Shown here: in pieces, positions 48,678-60,338 of the stretch
Position numbering within the stretch: the stretch's first letter is position 1
Layout of the letters: every line of letters starts with the position of its first letter
Source: Candidatus Bathyarchaeota archaeon
Lineage (GTDB): Archaea; Thermoproteota; Bathyarchaeia; Bathyarchaeales; Bathycorpusculaceae
Reading direction: 5' to 3'
Length of the DNA stretch: 64,000 nt
NCBI GenBank assembly: GCA_963826715.1
Contig: CAWGYA010000002.1
Location: 224,001 to 288,000 of the forward strand
Made by a program: the position numbers and the translations under genes
The notes under the pieces: model-generated
Seen by the model: only the letters and a program-made list of their open reading frames with translations
Told to the model about the DNA's origin: nothing
Database searches by the model: none

Positions 48678-48908
48678 ATGACTAAGACTTTGAGTTTGCC
48701 GTTGCGGGTCTACGAGGACCTTGCCCGCGTCTCTGAGGAGCTGTCGCTAATGGCGAAAAAACCCATTTCGACGTCGATGGCTGTGGATTTGCTTTTAGAA
48801 ATCTATCGTGCACACCTAAGCAATCCCTGTGCTCTGGACGCGTTTAGTCAGCAGATACGCAGCTTAAACTTGATGGCGCCAGAGGAGTTTGAACAGTTAC
48901 TGGGATGA
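48678..48908 (+). CDS. Small RHH-like protein
   Basis: MTKTLSLPLRVYEDL...ISTSMAVDLLL strand-helix-helix pattern. Confidence 0.6.
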   Translation: MTKTLSLPLRVYEDLARVSEELSLMAKKPISTSMAVDLLLEIYRAHLSNPCALDAFSQQIRSLNLMAPEEFEQLLG

Positions 48909-49173
48909 GAACATTAATAAAAAACACCAGAAGCACAAGTGAAAACAAAAAAGTAACCTATAAAAGACTCGTTCCCTCCCAACCCCCTGTTTGTCAGTGG
49001 GTCAAGTTTGGGCTGGTTTTGTTTTTCTATTATTAGATGATTGCAGAGTCGCCCTTACTCATAATCTTCGGGGGGCTTGGCCGAGGTTACTTTTTTCTTT
49101 CATACTGGTACCGCAATGCAGATTGGTTGTGGGCAGCTTCTGCAGGTGAAATCGGTTAAATTCTGGGTTTTGA

Positions 49174-52100
49174 TTAATCCAGAAAGGTTAGTGCAAAAAT
49201 CCGTCGTGGGTTGGCGCCGAACGTGGCTTGCTCGGTGATTTGGCTGAAGTCGCCTGAGGCGTAGATTTCCTTGAAAATTTCTTGGAGGTTTAGGGTGGTG
49301 TTGTAGTAGGGGGTTGTTCCGCCGTTTTCGTAGGCGAAGAGGTACTTGACGTGATTTTGCTTGCACATCCAAAGCAACTCGGTTATGTTGAAGGTGGGCG
49401 TGTAGGTATCTACGGGCAATGTGGGGTACTGGTAAATTTGGATTTGGCTGTTTCCGTTTTCGGCGAGGTAAAAGCGCACCATGTCTTGACTGAAGAAATT
49501 GAACGGGCTGAGCACCATGATGGATTGGTTGTTATCCATGCGGTCCATGGCGTACACAGTGGCGGATTCAATTGGGATTTGCACATCAAAATATGACACC
49601 ACCGCGTAGGTTTCATAGACGCTGTAGGCAGCGGCACCCGCAACCAAAACCACCAGCGCACCCGCCGCCGCCTTACGCAGCCGCGCCCTGTTCAGGGCTC
49701 TTTTGCCGTTCCAAGCGCCGACTTTGCCGTAAAGAAACATAATCAACGCGGAGGCTGCGATGGCTAAGGTGGGAAACAGAGGCAACACATAACGCCACTC
49801 CTTGTTGGTGATTAATGTGAAGAAGACATAGACGCAGGCGAACCAGACGAGGACGAATTTGTCGGCTTTTCGGTGGCGCAGCGCAAGAAAAACCAACCCC
49901 GCCAAACCCAATGCGTAAAGCGCGATGGAGATAGGGTGGAAGGCATCGTAGGGCCAAACCATATCTATAAAGTAGAATATGGGCGCTGGGAAGCGGCTAC
50001 TGTAGGCGAGTTTTTCGGGGTTGCCCACCTGCAAGGCATAGAGCCACTGGGTAAGAAACGTTGACGCATACACCTGATACGCAACCACAATCCACGGCAC
50101 CACAACCAGTACGGCAGTGACAACCAGAAGCGTGAAACGCAAGAATGCGCGCTTAAGCAGCCCCCGAGCTAAAAACAGCAAACTCACCGCCATAACCACA
50201 ACCGCAACTACCATCTGATACTTAGTTAAAATCCCCAGCCCCACCGATAAGCCAGCCAAAACCATGTATCGGTCCTGCTTGTTCTGCAGCCAAAGATAGA
50301 AGAGCAGCAATGAAAGGGTGAGGAAGAAGAGCAGCATGGTTTCCAGCAACGCCAGCCGCGACAACCAAAAGAAGCCAGGCATAACCGCCAGCAAAACAGC
50401 GGCGAGCAAAGCAGTTTTGGAGTCAAACATTTTTTGGGTAAGCTCAAAAACGACCCACAGTGAAAGAAACGCAAACATCACCGAAACCAACCTGGCGGAG
50501 AAGAGGCTTACCCCAAAAGCGTAGAAGGAAAAGACGGTTAGGCAATCAAACAGCGGCGGATAGAAAGCTGAGTTGACGAAGCTTGTGAAGTGCCCTGCCT
50601 GCAGCGCTACGGCGCCGTTTAGGTGGACGACTTCGTCCCAATCCAGTGGGTAATGCGTTGTGCTGAGGATCAGAACCGCGGCGTAGGCAATGGCGAAAAT
50701 TAGGAATGCTACTCGCCACTGGGTAAAGGCAGCTTTCAGCCTTGAAGAAGTAGGTGTGGGGGTTGATGGGGCAGTCATGTTCTCAGCGGCGGGTGTGTTT
50801 ACCATTCTGGCGGCTTGTGATATAAAACCTTTCAACCAAAGGGCAAACACCCAAACTCTGTGCCTAAATGCATAGATTAGCCCAAGCAGCAGCGCTCCAA
50901 AACCCAGAAGCTGAACAGTCATAAGGGGGTTGCTGAGGGTAAGCGGGGTGCGGGTTGAAAATGCGTAGCCGTAGTCGACATTGGGTTCCACGCGGTACTG
51001 CAGATAGTCGCGGCGGGAAACCGCGCAGGTGGAGTAGATGCTTGAAGCCAAAGATGCCGCAAGCAACACCACCGCCGCCAGAGCAGCCAAAGTCAGCAAC
51101 AGCCGTCGTCGACGAAGCGCTGACTTCGCAGTAACAAATAGCAACGAGCTCTTTACACTCAGGGACGCCGCCAGCAGCGCAAAGAAGGGTAAGGCTTGAT
51201 AGTCATATTTCACTGCGCCAATATAGGGTATATTTAGGTTCAAAACCGCGCCCAAATACGTGTTAACACCCAAAACAGCCAGCACTGTCACTAAACATGC
51301 GAAGTCAATTATCGATGTTTTGGAGAAATACTTTCTAAGCGAAAATCCCGCAGCCAAAGAAAACGCCACCGCAACTATCACGTACATACCGAGCCCATAA
51401 TTCACCATAAAATTGGCGACAAAAAAAGGCGAGATAGCCACGCCTGTGCTGGCAGGAACAGTGTTTGAGAAGTCGTTGTGGACAAAAAGTGACAGCAGCG
51501 ACCGACCCAGAAAAACCTGATACCACATAAGAGAAAACAAAAGTGTGGGCAGCGAAAAAGCTGCTAACTGAGCCGCAACACGCCCTGTGCCTTTAGGTTT
51601 CGACGGGAGGTAGAGAAGCAGAAGAGGAATCAACACGAAAAAGGCATAAAATTTGGTGAGAAAAGCCGCAGCGAAAACCATCCCCGCAGCCAACGCAAAC
51701 TTAATGGAGCCTTTGCGTATAGCTAAGACTCCAACGTAAAGACTGAGGAGACTAAAGAATAGACATTGTGCATCGATGAGAAAGCTGCGGGATAGAACGA
51801 GATGCCAGGGGTTTAAGCCGAGGAGTACAGCAGCAAAGAAGCCTGAAGATTTGCCGTAGAGTTCTCTGCCGAGAAAGTAAATAGTCGCCACGGAAGCCAG
51901 CCCGAAAAGCGTAACCAAAACCACGCCCACATCCATTGACACCCCGAATGCCCTAAATAACAGCCCTTCAAGGTAGTAACCAAGCGGTGGCTCGTCAATG
52001 ACAGTGCCGAAGCCCGACACGTAAGGAATGCCAATCTTTGCTACATTGGAGGCTGCTTCAAACTCAAGCTTGGTATCCCAAGTTTGGTAGGGCCCCATAG

Positions 52101-52200
52101 AAAAAACTACAAGCGCGGTACCTAACAGAATCAGCAGGAGCGGACCAAGCTCAATTAAGCGTTTTTTAGCTTTAACTCTATCCAGCAAGGCAGCCTCCAT
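49174..52200 (-). CDS. Tandem double ArnT/PMT-like (GT-C) glycosyltransferase
   Basis: Two repeats of WD(T/E)...PPL...G.A.LTK(F/Y); more than 20 TM helices. Confidence 0.85.
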   Translation of the reverse strand: MEAALLDRVKAKKRLIELGPLLLILLGTALVVFSMGPYQTWDTKLEFEAASNVAKIGIPYVSGFGTVIDEPPLGYYLEGLLFRAFGVSMDVGVVLVTLFGLASVATIYFLGRELYGKSSGFFAAVLLGLNPWHLVLSRSFLIDAQCLFFSLLSLYVGVLAIRKGSIKFALAAGMVFAAAFLTKFYAFFVLIPLLLLYLPSKPKGTGRVAAQLAAFSLPTLLFSLMWYQVFLGRSLLSLFVHNDFSNTVPASTGVAISPFFVANFMVNYGLGMYVIVAVAFSLAAGFSLRKYFSKTSIIDFACLVTVLAVLGVNTYLGAVLNLNIPYIGAVKYDYQALPFFALLAASLSVKSSLLFVTAKSALRRRRLLLTLAALAAVVLLAASLASSIYSTCAVSRRDYLQYRVEPNVDYGYAFSTRTPLTLSNPLMTVQLLGFGALLLGLIYAFRHRVWVFALWLKGFISQAARMVNTPAAENMTAPSTPTPTSSRLKAAFTQWRVAFLIFAIAYAAVLILSTTHYPLDWDEVVHLNGAVALQAGHFTSFVNSAFYPPLFDCLTVFSFYAFGVSLFSARLVSVMFAFLSLWVVFELTQKMFDSKTALLAAVLLAVMPGFFWLSRLALLETMLLFFLTLSLLLFYLWLQNKQDRYMVLAGLSVGLGILTKYQMVVAVVVMAVSLLFLARGLLKRAFLRFTLLVVTAVLVVVPWIVVAYQVYASTFLTQWLYALQVGNPEKLAYSSRFPAPIFYFIDMVWPYDAFHPISIALYALGLAGLVFLALRHRKADKFVLVWFACVYVFFTLITNKEWRYVLPLFPTLAIAASALIMFLYGKVGAWNGKRALNRARLRKAAAGALVVLVAGAAAYSVYETYAVVSYFDVQIPIESATVYAMDRMDNNQSIMVLSPFNFFSQDMVRFYLAENGNSQIQIYQYPTLPVDTYTPTFNITELLWMCKQNHVKYLFAYENGGTTPYYNTTLNLQEIFKEIYASGDFSQITEQATFGANPRRIFALTFLD

Positions 52201-52315
52201 TCAGCGATAGCAATCCACAAACCCAAGCAGCTTTGCGGCAAATTAAAATTTGTGCATCACCCCCTTGCAATGACGACAGTTAGAAACGCCTAAATCATCC
52301 GCATCCTGTTATTTT

Positions 52316-53365
52316 ATGATTTATATGCCCTACAACGAGTTACGGAAAGATTACCTTCTCAATCGCTGGGTTGTCATTGCGACCGATCGGGCGCGTCGAC
52401 CCATTGACCTTTCCAAGCCACGTCCACAAGCTACCAAATCCACCTCATGCCCAATGTGTGTAGGCAACGAGCATCTCACACCGCCAGCTGTAATGCTCTA
52501 CCGAAATCAAAAGGGCGTTATAGTAAGCAGCCAGGATCCAATAGAAAGCGAGCGCCCTAAGGATTGGCTAGTCCGCGTGATTCCCAATCTTTTCCCCGCC
52601 TTCACCCCGCCCAAGAAGCTCCAAGATACAAGAAATAATTTTTCCAGTCCTGAGTTCGGTTATGCGATTGGAAATCATGAAGTTGTGGTTGAATCACCAG
52701 ATCATAGCGAAGAGCCCGCCAAAGCCAGCCTTCCCCAGCTTAAACTTATTATTAATGCTTACATCGACCGCTTCAAAGATTTAAGTGCAAAAAATTATGT
52801 TCGTTATGTCTCGATTTTCCGTAACTATGGTTTGGCTGCGGGAGCTTCAATGACACACGCACACAGCCAAATCATAGCAACACCTATGTTGCCCCCAAAC
52901 TTAGCAGAGGAGCAACAAAATGCTGAAGCCTACCACAAAATGCACGGAGAATGCGTCTTCTGCGACATTATCAAGCGAGAAACCAAGGGTCCACGCTTCA
53001 TCTGGGAAAATACGGATTTTGTGGTTTTTGCTCCGTATGCTAGTTTCAACCCGATGGAGTTCTGGATATTCCCCAAACGCCATAGCCCAAACATTGCCGA
53101 TCTCTCCGTAGCTGAAGTCAAAGCATTCGCAGAAACCCTTAAACTAAGCCTTGCAGCCCTAAAAGACATCGTCAATGACCCCCCTTACAATTATGGCATC
53201 CACCAAACCATAACAGGTGATTATCATTGGCACCTTGAGGTTTATCCAAAACTAGCAACGTGGGCGGGGTTTGAAAAAAGCACTGGTGTTTATATCAATA
53301 CTGTCACACCAGAAGCCACCGCAGAAGCTCTAAATAAAGCAATTAAGTCTAAAGCTTTATTTTAG
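52316..53365 (+). CDS. galT: GalT-family nucleotidyltransferase
   Basis: ELRKD, RARRP, CPMC.GNE, GASMTHAHSQ, HWHLE and AGFE..TG. Confidence 0.88.
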   Translation: MIYMPYNELRKDYLLNRWVVIATDRARRPIDLSKPRPQATKSTSCPMCVGNEHLTPPAVMLYRNQKGVIVSSQDPIESERPKDWLVRVIPNLFPAFTPPKKLQDTRNNFSSPEFGYAIGNHEVVVESPDHSEEPAKASLPQLKLIINAYIDRFKDLSAKNYVRYVSIFRNYGLAAGASMTHAHSQIIATPMLPPNLAEEQQNAEAYHKMHGECVFCDIIKRETKGPRFIWENTDFVVFAPYASFNPMEFWIFPKRHSPNIADLSVAEVKAFAETLKLSLAALKDIVNDPPYNYGIHQTITGDYHWHLEVYPKLATWAGFEKSTGVYINTVTPEATAEALNKAIKSKALF

Positions 53366-55409
53366 GTTTAAGCATCAAGACATCTTCTACATAAGCCCTC
53401 AGCGGCTCGGCAATACTCCATGCCTGGGCTATGCAACCACGAGGAGTGTTAGGCGCTTCGCAATCATATATCTCGTTTAAGGTACCTAAGCCACCTTGAT
53501 GAATACCCATAGTAAAGAGAGGTAAAATTAATTTTTCTATGGCATACTTTCGTGCCTCTGCGGTGTTATCATTAACTTTAATGTATGCGGTCACGTAAGG
53601 ACCCAATAACCATGGCCAAATAGTACCGTTGTGATAAGCGGTATCACGACTGCGTCGGTCGCCAATACATTTACCTACAAACTTCGGATCATCCAAGGAA
53701 AGTGTCCGTAGACCATATGGAGTTACCAGTTCCTGGTTGACGACTTTGACTATGCGGCGACTATCGTCAACGTTTAACATGCTGTGGTCGAGAGAAACCG
53801 CGAAGATTTGGTTGGGGCGCATTGAAGCATCTGAACCATCAGGGGATAAAACGTCGTAGAGGCATCCAAGTGTTGGGTTCCAAAAGTTTTCAGTGAAGCT
53901 GCTTTTTGTTCGCTCTGCGATGTCATCATACTTATCCGCTAATGAATCGTCACCAAATCTGCCGGCAAGCATCTCCATAGTTCGCAAGGCGTTGTACCAA
54001 AGCGCCTGAATCTCTACTGCTTTACCTGCTCGGGGTGTTATCATATCCCCGTCCACTACGGCATCCATCCATGTAAGACGCGGTCCATGCATCAACAAAC
54101 CATCTTCGTCTAGCCTGATTCCATATGCGGTACCGCGTTCATGAAAATCAATTATTTCCCGCATTTTCTCCCAAAGCACAGATCGGACAAAACTAAAGTC
54201 CCCACTATATTTAAGGTACTGCAACACAGCGTTGACAAACCAAAGTGTACCGTCCACAGTGTTGTAGATTGGAATCCCTGTCTTGTCAGCAACCAAGTTC
54301 GGAATCATGCCGTCTTTTAGGTAACCAATGAAATGCACGAGAATATCCTTGGCTTCACCAAATCTACCCGTGACTAGGGATAAACCTGGTAATGAGATGA
54401 AGGTATCTCTACCCCAAGGCTCAAACCATGGATACCCAGCGATTACGGCTTTTCCACCCGTGGCATCTTGAACCATAAACGAATCGGCAGCAAGCAGTAT
54501 CCAGTTTAGCCAGTCACTCATTGGCACTATAGGATGACTTTTATAAAAAGCTGCAAGCAAGTCCTCTTTGCTTTTCCTCTCAATCACAAAAGAGGTATCA
54601 ACCTGTGAGGTGGTTACACCTATAGAATCCAAAATTGACTTAGCTTGAGTTCCATCATTGCTGATTGTACATGTAACCGCAAAATTCAGCTCGCTGCCCG
54701 ACGCAACCCGCACCTCAAAACATCCCGGCTGGAAACAATCATCAAGGTCCGATTCGCCCCTCAAAGTTTCATCTCGATAATGAAGCTTTTCAACCCAGTT
54801 TACCCGCTCAACAAATCTGCCTTCGGTTATGCGGCACATCAAAGTTAAATTCGACTGGAGAAAAATTGTTTGGAAACTGTCGCTGCCACTTTCCTGTGTG
54901 AAATTCAGCGGGTCACGCGATCGGTCAATCACGGTGTGGTAGTAGCGACAAGTAAGAAGGGGATATAACCTGATTTTTGCGTCATTGGTATTGTTGTTTT
55001 TGACATTGTAGATGACTACAGCGGCGTTTTTGTTTCTTGGCAAAAAAATGGTGCGTTTCAAAGACACCTCGGCCGCAAAGTAGGTAAAGTTGGGGTAGGG
55101 ATCAAGTGAGAACTCTTCAAGTACCTTGTAGCCTTCGGGATAAATGACGCCGTGGAATTCATTGGATCCCAACCGAAAAATGTCATCGCCTATAATGATA
55201 TCTTCGTCGAGTTTAGCTAGGCAAACGGTACGGTCACCTGGAGGATTAAGAGCGGCCACCAGCAGCCCATGATATTTTCTGGTGTTTATCGCTGGCACAC
55301 TCGAGGAGCCATAACTACCCAATCCGTTGGTTATCAGCCACTCCTGCAAGATAACCTCGTTAAAGCGCTTAAGAGAATCTTTAGGTAAAGTTAAGGTAGG
55401 TAAATTCAT
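53349..55409 (-). CDS. Glycogen debranching enzyme (amylo-alpha-1,6-glucosidase)
   Basis: EWLITNGLG, TRKYHGLL, AGYPWF..WGRDT, TWMDA, RPNQ, YHNGT.WPW and QAWS. Confidence 0.93.
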   Translation of the reverse strand: MNLPTLTLPKDSLKRFNEVILQEWLITNGLGSYGSSSVPAINTRKYHGLLVAALNPPGDRTVCLAKLDEDIIIGDDIFRLGSNEFHGVIYPEGYKVLEEFSLDPYPNFTYFAAEVSLKRTIFLPRNKNAAVVIYNVKNNNTNDAKIRLYPLLTCRYYHTVIDRSRDPLNFTQESGSDSFQTIFLQSNLTLMCRITEGRFVERVNWVEKLHYRDETLRGESDLDDCFQPGCFEVRVASGSELNFAVTCTISNDGTQAKSILDSIGVTTSQVDTSFVIERKSKEDLLAAFYKSHPIVPMSDWLNWILLAADSFMVQDATGGKAVIAGYPWFEPWGRDTFISLPGLSLVTGRFGEAKDILVHFIGYLKDGMIPNLVADKTGIPIYNTVDGTLWFVNAVLQYLKYSGDFSFVRSVLWEKMREIIDFHERGTAYGIRLDEDGLLMHGPRLTWMDAVVDGDMITPRAGKAVEIQALWYNALRTMEMLAGRFGDDSLADKYDDIAERTKSSFTENFWNPTLGCLYDVLSPDGSDASMRPNQIFAVSLDHSMLNVDDSRRIVKVVNQELVTPYGLRTLSLDDPKFVGKCIGDRRSRDTAYHNGTIWPWLLGPYVTAYIKVNDNTAEARKYAIEKLILPLFTMGIHQGGLGTLNEIYDCEAPNTPRGCIAQAWSIAEPLRAYVEDVLMLKPKIKL

Positions 55410-55412
55410 GAT

Positions 55413-56294
55413 TTAAGGCATCAACTTAGCTACATTTTTGTCCCGGGGCACACAGAAATAATTCGCCACTGGAACACATTTAGTCCTAAACATCAGTAAG
55501 TGGGGCTTAGTTAATTTATATTCTGTAAGGGTTTCAGCATACCCCATGCCTTTTGCAAACACAAGCTCAGCTTCGTCATAAACTTTGAGGAACTCTTCAG
55601 AGGCTTCTTTTCTCTGCAACCCTACGGCATCACAACCTGTGGTTATAACTTCGTCAGCGAGTTTGTCCATGTTGCTGATTTCTGCGTCTTCCATCGTGGC
55701 GTCATTGATCACAGGTCCACCTTTAACGACATAGGTGACTTTTAGTCCCATGTTCTTGAGCTGCTCGACTAATAACGTATCGAAAACTATTTCGCCTGCA
55801 TTATCCGCTAAATACAAAACACTCCAAGCCTTCTTGGCCAACTCATAAGCCTTATCGATGTCATCGATAACAAGATCTTTAGAGGCTTCCCGAATAACTG
55901 TAGCTAAATTCTTTAGGGTAAACTTGTGCCCAGGAATATCAAACTCCATAATGTTTCCCACAATGGCGCAAAGACATGCTTTTTTGAAGCGTTCCTGCTG
56001 GGTGTAACCTGACGCCACAGTTTTTTTAGCATGTGACAGCATCTTGAGAGCTGTTTTGTTAGCAATCTTCTTGTTGTATAGATAGGGGTCATCACACCCA
56101 GTTAGTTTGCGAATAATGCGATCACGTTTGGTCCCGATTTCCGCCGCGTTTGAGGTCGGCTTAAATTCGCGATTAAGAAGCTTCGTTATTTCGGCTAGGC
56201 AACGAAAGCGTAGTGCGGGATTTGTAGTAGCCTGGTATGTTTGGATTTGTGCCCTAGAAAGCAGGCATGATTCGCATTCAGCTTCAACCTTCAA
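55413..56294 (-). CDS. DUF89/ARMT1-like damage-control phosphatase
   Basis: ECxxC, DPY..K, GN, DNAGE, NDAT, KGMG and KC. Confidence 0.9.
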   Translation of the reverse strand: MKVEAECESCLLSRAQIQTYQATTNPALRFRCLAEITKLLNREFKPTSNAAEIGTKRDRIIRKLTGCDDPYLYNKKIANKTALKMLSHAKKTVASGYTQQERFKKACLCAIVGNIMEFDIPGHKFTLKNLATVIREASKDLVIDDIDKAYELAKKAWSVLYLADNAGEIVFDTLLVEQLKNMGLKVTYVVKGGPVINDATMEDAEISNMDKLADEVITTGCDAVGLQRKEASEEFLKVYDEAELVFAKGMGYAETLTEYKLTKPHLLMFRTKCVPVANYFCVPRDKNVAKLMP

Positions 56295-56312
56295 ACAAAT
56301 TCACGCAGATTA

Positions 56313-57038
<726 letters not shown>

Positions 57039-57316
57039 CTAAAGGTTTTCGTTATACTTTCTTTATTAATTCAAATTGCTTTTGATGCCACTCAGGATTT
57101 CCTGTTCTTCATAGAAGAAAGTCTGCTTAGCCACTCATGATTTTTGATTTAAATCCAAGGGGAGTAATTCACCTAATAATATCATTTTGGTACCAAATTA
57201 ATTCCCAGGAGAACTTTTTAATAACAGGTCATATCAAGAAATTTATTACAGGCTTTTTGTTTAAGATTTAGAAGGTTATAGATGTGAATGGCCCTCAATT
57301 ACCAATAACACCCAAG

Positions 57317-57451
57317 GTGTGTGACAACATTGCGTCTCCATGTTCAAGATGTGATAATGCAGGAGAAGAAGGCCCAGAAATTCCCTTGCTCTGCGAAAAA
57401 TGTGAAAAATTCAAGGCATGGGAAGAAAAAGAGTGCTCAACAGAAAAGTAG
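57317..57451 (+). CDS. 44-aa CxxC..CxxC microprotein
   Basis: GTG start gives MCDNIASPCSRCDNAGEEGPEIPLLCEKCEKFKAWEEKECSTEK. Confidence 0.5.
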   Translation: MCDNIASPCSRCDNAGEEGPEIPLLCEKCEKFKAWEEKECSTEK

Positions 57452-57755
57452 TGAGCTTAAGACATAATTCGCTTTTCCCACTCCTATAGGTAAAGCTTTT
57501 CAAAGCTTTCCGTTGAATGTTTCATTTACTCCTCATCAACAGAACAAAAACAAAAGCGGCTTATCATTTTTAAAAATATTTTAAAAATCCATAACTCTTC
57601 GTCGTAAGTATACTCCAGTTCTGGAAAAGGCTACTAATTCAAGGAGATAATTTAATTGAGGCTTCTGTTGCAGTTCCACTTTTCTATGTTTTCTAAAGCC
57701 ACAATAATAATAAGCAAAACAACCATATAATAAGTATCTTAGGCTTCTGTTAAAA

Positions 57756-60338
57756 ATGAATAGTTTGAATATTTCCAAAGAAAATATTCCAATTCATATA
57801 CTACATATTGACGATGACCAGTCAATTCAAGAGATAACAAAACTTATGCTACTTGAGCTCAACGATGGACTTGAGATTAATTGGGCTTCTTGTGTGGATG
57901 ACGCCTTCAAGAAACTGGTAGTTGGCAATTATGATGTTGTTGTTTGTGATTATGAGATGCCTCAAAAAGACGGTTTACAGCTCCTGAAATTACTCCGTCA
58001 ACAAAACAATAAAATCCCATTCATCCTATTCACTGGCAAAGGAAGAGAAGAAATAGCGATAAAAGCCCTAAACTTAGGTGCCGACGGATACATAAACAAA
58101 CAAGGCAACTCCGAAACAGTCTATAGAGAACTACTGCATGGAATAACCAGTGCAGTTGAACGTAAAAGAGCCATTGATGGTCTTGTTTGCTCTGAAGATA
58201 AATTCCGAGCTTATGTGGAGAATTCTCCTGTGGCTTTCTTTGTGACTAATTCTGAAGGTAAATATGTCGATGTGAACGATGCTGCCTGTAACTTGCTGAG
58301 TTACTCCAAAAATGAGCTATTAAAATTAAGTATTGTAGACATTCTTTATAAAAAAGACATACCTCTTGGTCTAAAACAGTTTACTTTACTTAAAGAAACG
58401 GGCAAGATTCTTTTTGAGGTGGTATTACAGAAAAAAAATGGAGAGCCTGTCGACGTTATTTTGAATGCTACAAAGCTCCCTGACGGGAGCTTGATAGCTT
58501 TTTGCGAAAACATAACCGAACTTAAAAAAAATAGCGCATTACTTGAAAAAAACCAAGCAGAGCTTAAAGCAATTGTTTATAATGCACCTGTTGGAATTGC
58601 GACATCGAATTCAAATATGCGTTTTAAAAGTGCAAATGAGGCATTCTGCAGAATAGTTGGTTATTCAGAGGATGAATTACAAAAACTTTCTTTTAAAAAC
58701 ATAACCTACCCCGAGGATCTCGAAGATAGTAATAAAGAAATGGAAAAACTCAGATATGGAAATATCCCCTTTTTTCATCAAGAGAAAAGGTATGTTCGAA
58801 AAGACGGCGGTATTATTGATGGAAAAGTCATAGTAAGTGCAATACGAGACAGCGAAAGTAAACTAGTTCTTTTTGTAGCTGAATTAGAAGACATCACTCA
58901 ACAAAAGCAAGCTGAGATAAAAATGAGAGAATCATTTGAGGTTCTTGAGCGTGTGGGGGAGGGTATTGATGCTGGGTTAGCGGTTATTGGCAAAGATTAC
59001 AGAGTGGTTTGGGCTAATAATCGTCTGATGGATTTAGGTGTTACACCAAACAAAAAATGCTATGAAACCTTTAACAATTTAGGTAAAGTTTGTCCTGATT
59101 GTGGAGCGGAGAAAATTTTCAAACAGAACGTATCACTTGATATTCATGAATACAAAACAGTGAACTCCAAAGGTGAAACTGTTTGGGTTGAGTTAAGGGT
59201 AACACCACTCAAAGACAGAAGTGGAAACGTCACAGCAGCATTAGAACTAGCAATACCCATAACAGAACGAAAAAAAACTGAAGAAAAACTAATTCAAAGT
59301 GATATAATTTTACAAAATAGCTCTGATTCGATTATTGTAACTGATTTGAAGGGGAAAATTATTTCGTTGAATAAGGGTGCTGAGAAAATTTTCGGATATA
59401 TTCCTCAGGATATTATCGGTGAAAATATTACTAAGATTTTAAAACCTGATGAGAAAACAGATGTTGCTCCAAATCAGCTTGAGAAAATTTGTAAGGGCAA
59501 GGATTTTGCACAACTATGGCAAGGAATAAGAAAAGACGGCTCCGATGTATGGCTGATGTTAACCACTAAGCGTCTATTTAATGAAAAAGACGAGCCTGTG
59601 GGAATGGTTGGTTTTGGCAAAGACATAACTGAGTATAAGAAAAGCCAGGACGAACTGAGAATAAGTCATGATAAATTAGGAATCGTTAATGAAAAACTGG
59701 AGGTTGTGGGGAGCTTAACTAGGCATGATGTCAACAACAAGCTTATGACGGCTAGGGCTAATCTGCATTTGCTTAGAAAGAAAATAGGAAATAAGTTGGA
59801 ATACGCAAAATATCTCAATGGAGTTGATTCTGCTATTGATGCTTCAGTTAAGATTTTTGAATTCAGTCGCTTATATGAAAAAATAGGTTCAGAAAATCTT
59901 TCATCCGAGAATGTTTACAGTTGTTTTAATCAGGCTGTATCTATTTTTCCAAGTTTGTCTTTTGTAAAGACAGTTAATGAATGTGAGGGACTTATGGTTG
60001 TTGCCGATTCTCTTTTGAAACAACTCTTCTATAATCTTATCGACAATTCTTTGAAGCATGGTGAAAAAGTGACTGAAATACGCCTCCACTTCGAGAAAGA
60101 GGGAGAGGTTGTTAAGATGTTTTATGAAGATGATGGAGTTGGTATCCCTGAAGCTATTAAAACGAAACTTTTCGAAGCGGGTTTCACAACAGGAAAAGGC
60201 AGCGGTTTTGGATTGTATTTGGTTAAGAAGATGATGGATGTTTACGGCTGGACAATATCTGAAGAAGGAAAACCATGCAAAGGAGCAAAATTCATAATAA
60301 CGATTCCTAAGAGATCCCAAGAAAACTCGCGTAATTAA
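57756..60338 (+). CDS. Hybrid sensor histidine kinase: REC, four PAS domains and kinase core
   Basis: HIDDD, CDYEMP and FTGKG; four PAS/PAC units ending (N/D/P)IT; RHDVNN, NSLKH, DDGVG and GSGFGL. Confidence 0.92.
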   Translation: MNSLNISKENIPIHILHIDDDQSIQEITKLMLLELNDGLEINWASCVDDAFKKLVVGNYDVVVCDYEMPQKDGLQLLKLLRQQNNKIPFILFTGKGREEIAIKALNLGADGYINKQGNSETVYRELLHGITSAVERKRAIDGLVCSEDKFRAYVENSPVAFFVTNSEGKYVDVNDAACNLLSYSKNELLKLSIVDILYKKDIPLGLKQFTLLKETGKILFEVVLQKKNGEPVDVILNATKLPDGSLIAFCENITELKKNSALLEKNQAELKAIVYNAPVGIATSNSNMRFKSANEAFCRIVGYSEDELQKLSFKNITYPEDLEDSNKEMEKLRYGNIPFFHQEKRYVRKDGGIIDGKVIVSAIRDSESKLVLFVAELEDITQQKQAEIKMRESFEVLERVGEGIDAGLAVIGKDYRVVWANNRLMDLGVTPNKKCYETFNNLGKVCPDCGAEKIFKQNVSLDIHEYKTVNSKGETVWVELRVTPLKDRSGNVTAALELAIPITERKKTEEKLIQSDIILQNSSDSIIVTDLKGKIISLNKGAEKIFGYIPQDIIGENITKILKPDEKTDVAPNQLEKICKGKDFAQLWQGIRKDGSDVWLMLTTKRLFNEKDEPVGMVGFGKDITEYKKSQDELRISHDKLGIVNEKLEVVGSLTRHDVNNKLMTARANLHLLRKKIGNKLEYAKYLNGVDSAIDASVKIFEFSRLYEKIGSENLSSENVYSCFNQAVSIFPSLSFVKTVNECEGLMVVADSLLKQLFYNLIDNSLKHGEKVTEIRLHFEKEGEVVKMFYEDDGVGIPEAIKTKLFEAGFTTGKGSGFGLYLVKKMMDVYGWTISEEGKPCKGAKFIITIPKRSQENSRN

